From Verrucomicrobiota bacterium (GTDB taxonomy: Bacteria > Verrucomicrobiota > Verrucomicrobiia > Limisphaerales > UBA11358): DNA of 64,000 nt. Shown here in pieces: positions 62,799 through 64,000 of the stretch (within the stretch, counting starts at the first letter, position 1; every line of letters starts with the position of its first letter). Below the pieces are notes generated by a model. It was given only the letters and a program-made list of their open reading frames with translations. It searched no databases and was not told the DNA's origin. The stretch spans positions 13,137 through 77,136 of the forward strand of contig JAGWNY010000004.1 in assembly GCA_028872915.1 (NCBI GenBank), written 5' to 3'. The translations under genes and the position numbers were made by a program.

Positions 62799-64000
62799 AT
62801 GAATAGAAATCTCCCGCCCCTTTATCGCGCGATGACGAAGGCCGCGGCATGGCCCTTGGCGTTGGCCCTCCTTTTTGTGATGAGCAGCCGGCAGGCGGCC
62901 AAGGCCGATCCGGCGCCAACGGCGGGGGCGATTCAGGGCCAAAGGGATGCTTCCGGCGGCATGAGCGACGCGGAAATCCGGGACGTGATAGAGCGCGTCG
63001 CGCGCGCGCAGATGCGTCCGCTGGCCGACGGCGAGTATCCGGCGGTGACGAATCTCGACGAGGCGAGGTCCGCGAAACGACCCGAAGGCATCGCCTGGAA
63101 CTATCCGCAAGGCGTCATGCTGTATGGAATGGAACGGTCCACTGACGCGACCGGCGACACGAACGCGGATGATTTTGTGCTGCGGCACACGGCGATTTGC
63201 GCGGGGTATTATCACTGGCTGGCGGGGTTGGAACGGCAGTTTGGAGGGGCGGGCAAAAACTTCGCGCGGCGGACGAAAATTCGCGGGTTGATCGGGTTGG
63301 GGAACCTGGACAGTTGCGGCGCGATGGGCACGGCGATGATTGTGTGCATGACGCGGCATCCGGAGGCGGTGACGGCGGATGAACGGGAAGCGGTTGCGCG
63401 GATCGCCGATTGGGTGGCGCACCGGCAGGCGCGCCTGCCGGATGGCACGCTTTGGCGGGCGAAGGAATATGGCGGAACGGTGTGGCCAGACGATCTTTAC
63501 ATGGGCGCGGTTTTTTTGGCGCATTATGGCCTTTACACCGGCGATTCGGAATACATTGACGACGCCGCCAGCAACATCATCCACCAGGCGGCCCTGGAAC
63601 AGGACAGGGATGGATTGTGGTTTCACGGCTGGTTCGAGACAAATAGGACGCACGGTTCCTTCAAATGGGGCCGGGGCAACGGCTGGGTGACGGTGGCGCT
63701 GGTGGAAACGCTGTCGGCCATGTCGAAGAACGATCCGTTGCGGCCGCGGTTGCTGGATATTTTGCGCAAACAGATTAACGGCCTGAAAAAAGTCCAGGCG
63801 CCGGATGGGATGTGGCGTCAGGTATTGGACAAGCCGCAGTTGTGGGAGGAGACGTCCTGCACGGCGATGTTTGCCTATGGGATAGCGCGGGCGGCAAACC
63901 GGGGCTGGATTGACGGCGCGAATATGGCCGCGGCCCGCCGGGCATTCGCGGGCATCGCCAAACGGGTGAGCGCCGACGGGGCGGTGCGCGGCACCTGCTC
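62799..64000 (+). CDS. GH105/GH88-family unsaturated (rhamno)galacturonyl hydrolase, 3' end beyond the window
   Basis: Not in the ORF track because it has no stop in the window. ATG at 62799: MNRNLPPLYRAMTKAAAWPLALALLFVMSS... (signal peptide), WNYPQGVML, DDLYMG, WGRGNGW, and PDGMWRQVLD...EETSCTAMFAY. Confidence 0.7.
   Translation, partial: MNRNLPPLYRAMTKAAAWPLALALLFVMSSRQAAKADPAPTAGAIQGQRDASGGMSDAEIRDVIERVARAQMRPLADGEYPAVTNLDEARSAKRPEGIAWNYPQGVMLYGMERSTDATGDTNADDFVLRHTAICAGYYHWLAGLERQFGGAGKNFARRTKIRGLIGLGNLDSCGAMGTAMIVCMTRHPEAVTADEREAVARIADWVAHRQARLPDGTLWRAKEYGGTVWPDDLYMGAVFLAHYGLYTGDSEYIDDAASNIIHQAALEQDRDGLWFHGWFETNRTHGSFKWGRGNGWVTVALVETLSAMSKNDPLRPRLLDILRKQINGLKKVQAPDGMWRQVLDKPQLWEETSCTAMFAYGIARAANRGWIDGANMAAARRAFAGIAKRVSADGAVRGTC

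Overview
This is a high-GC bacterial chromosome segment. It is most likely from Verrucomicrobiota or another PVC-group organism. That is an inference from an H-X9-DG prepilin-like protein, an FG-GAP protein, a TIGR04073-like lipoprotein and abundant GC-rich intergenic repeats.

Positions 1-33 kb and 55.4-64 kb carry ordinary housekeeping genes: hisH, rlmN, nadA, ispE, a half-length carB, dprA, lpxA, tRNA-Ala, tRNA-Glu, an M16 peptidase, MoxR, ilvE, rpe, tkt and a uronate/pectin utilisation cluster.

The middle (33.1-55.4 kb) is accessory DNA, cut into blocks by arrays of a modular twin-hairpin repeat:
- (i) A prophage remnant that keeps only the packaging module and carries an internal ~960-bp tandem duplication.
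- (ii) A visibly lower-GC defence island. Its core is a translationally coupled three-gene operon: a PLD-nuclease/SNF2 helicase, a 1248-aa Eco57I-like N6-adenine methyltransferase with an apparently swapped low-GC target-recognition part, and an ABC-type ATPase with a helical HEPN-like tail. Downstream lie methylase-tail fragments, a decayed DUF4258/DUF2283 toxin-antitoxin pair and a DUF5131 gene.
- (iii) An EcoRV-like type II R-M pair.

The three-gene operon is my best candidate for an uncharacterised system.

Two ORFs run off the window edges and are therefore missing from the ORF track: an MMPL-acyltransferase fusion (1-2823, minus) and a GH105-like hydrolase (62799-64000, plus). I recognised no rRNA, CRISPR array, integrase or transposase. 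All family assignments rest on motif recognition by eye, with no searches run. The track uses ATG, GTG and TTG starts at the longest extension, so many 5' ends are uncertain.
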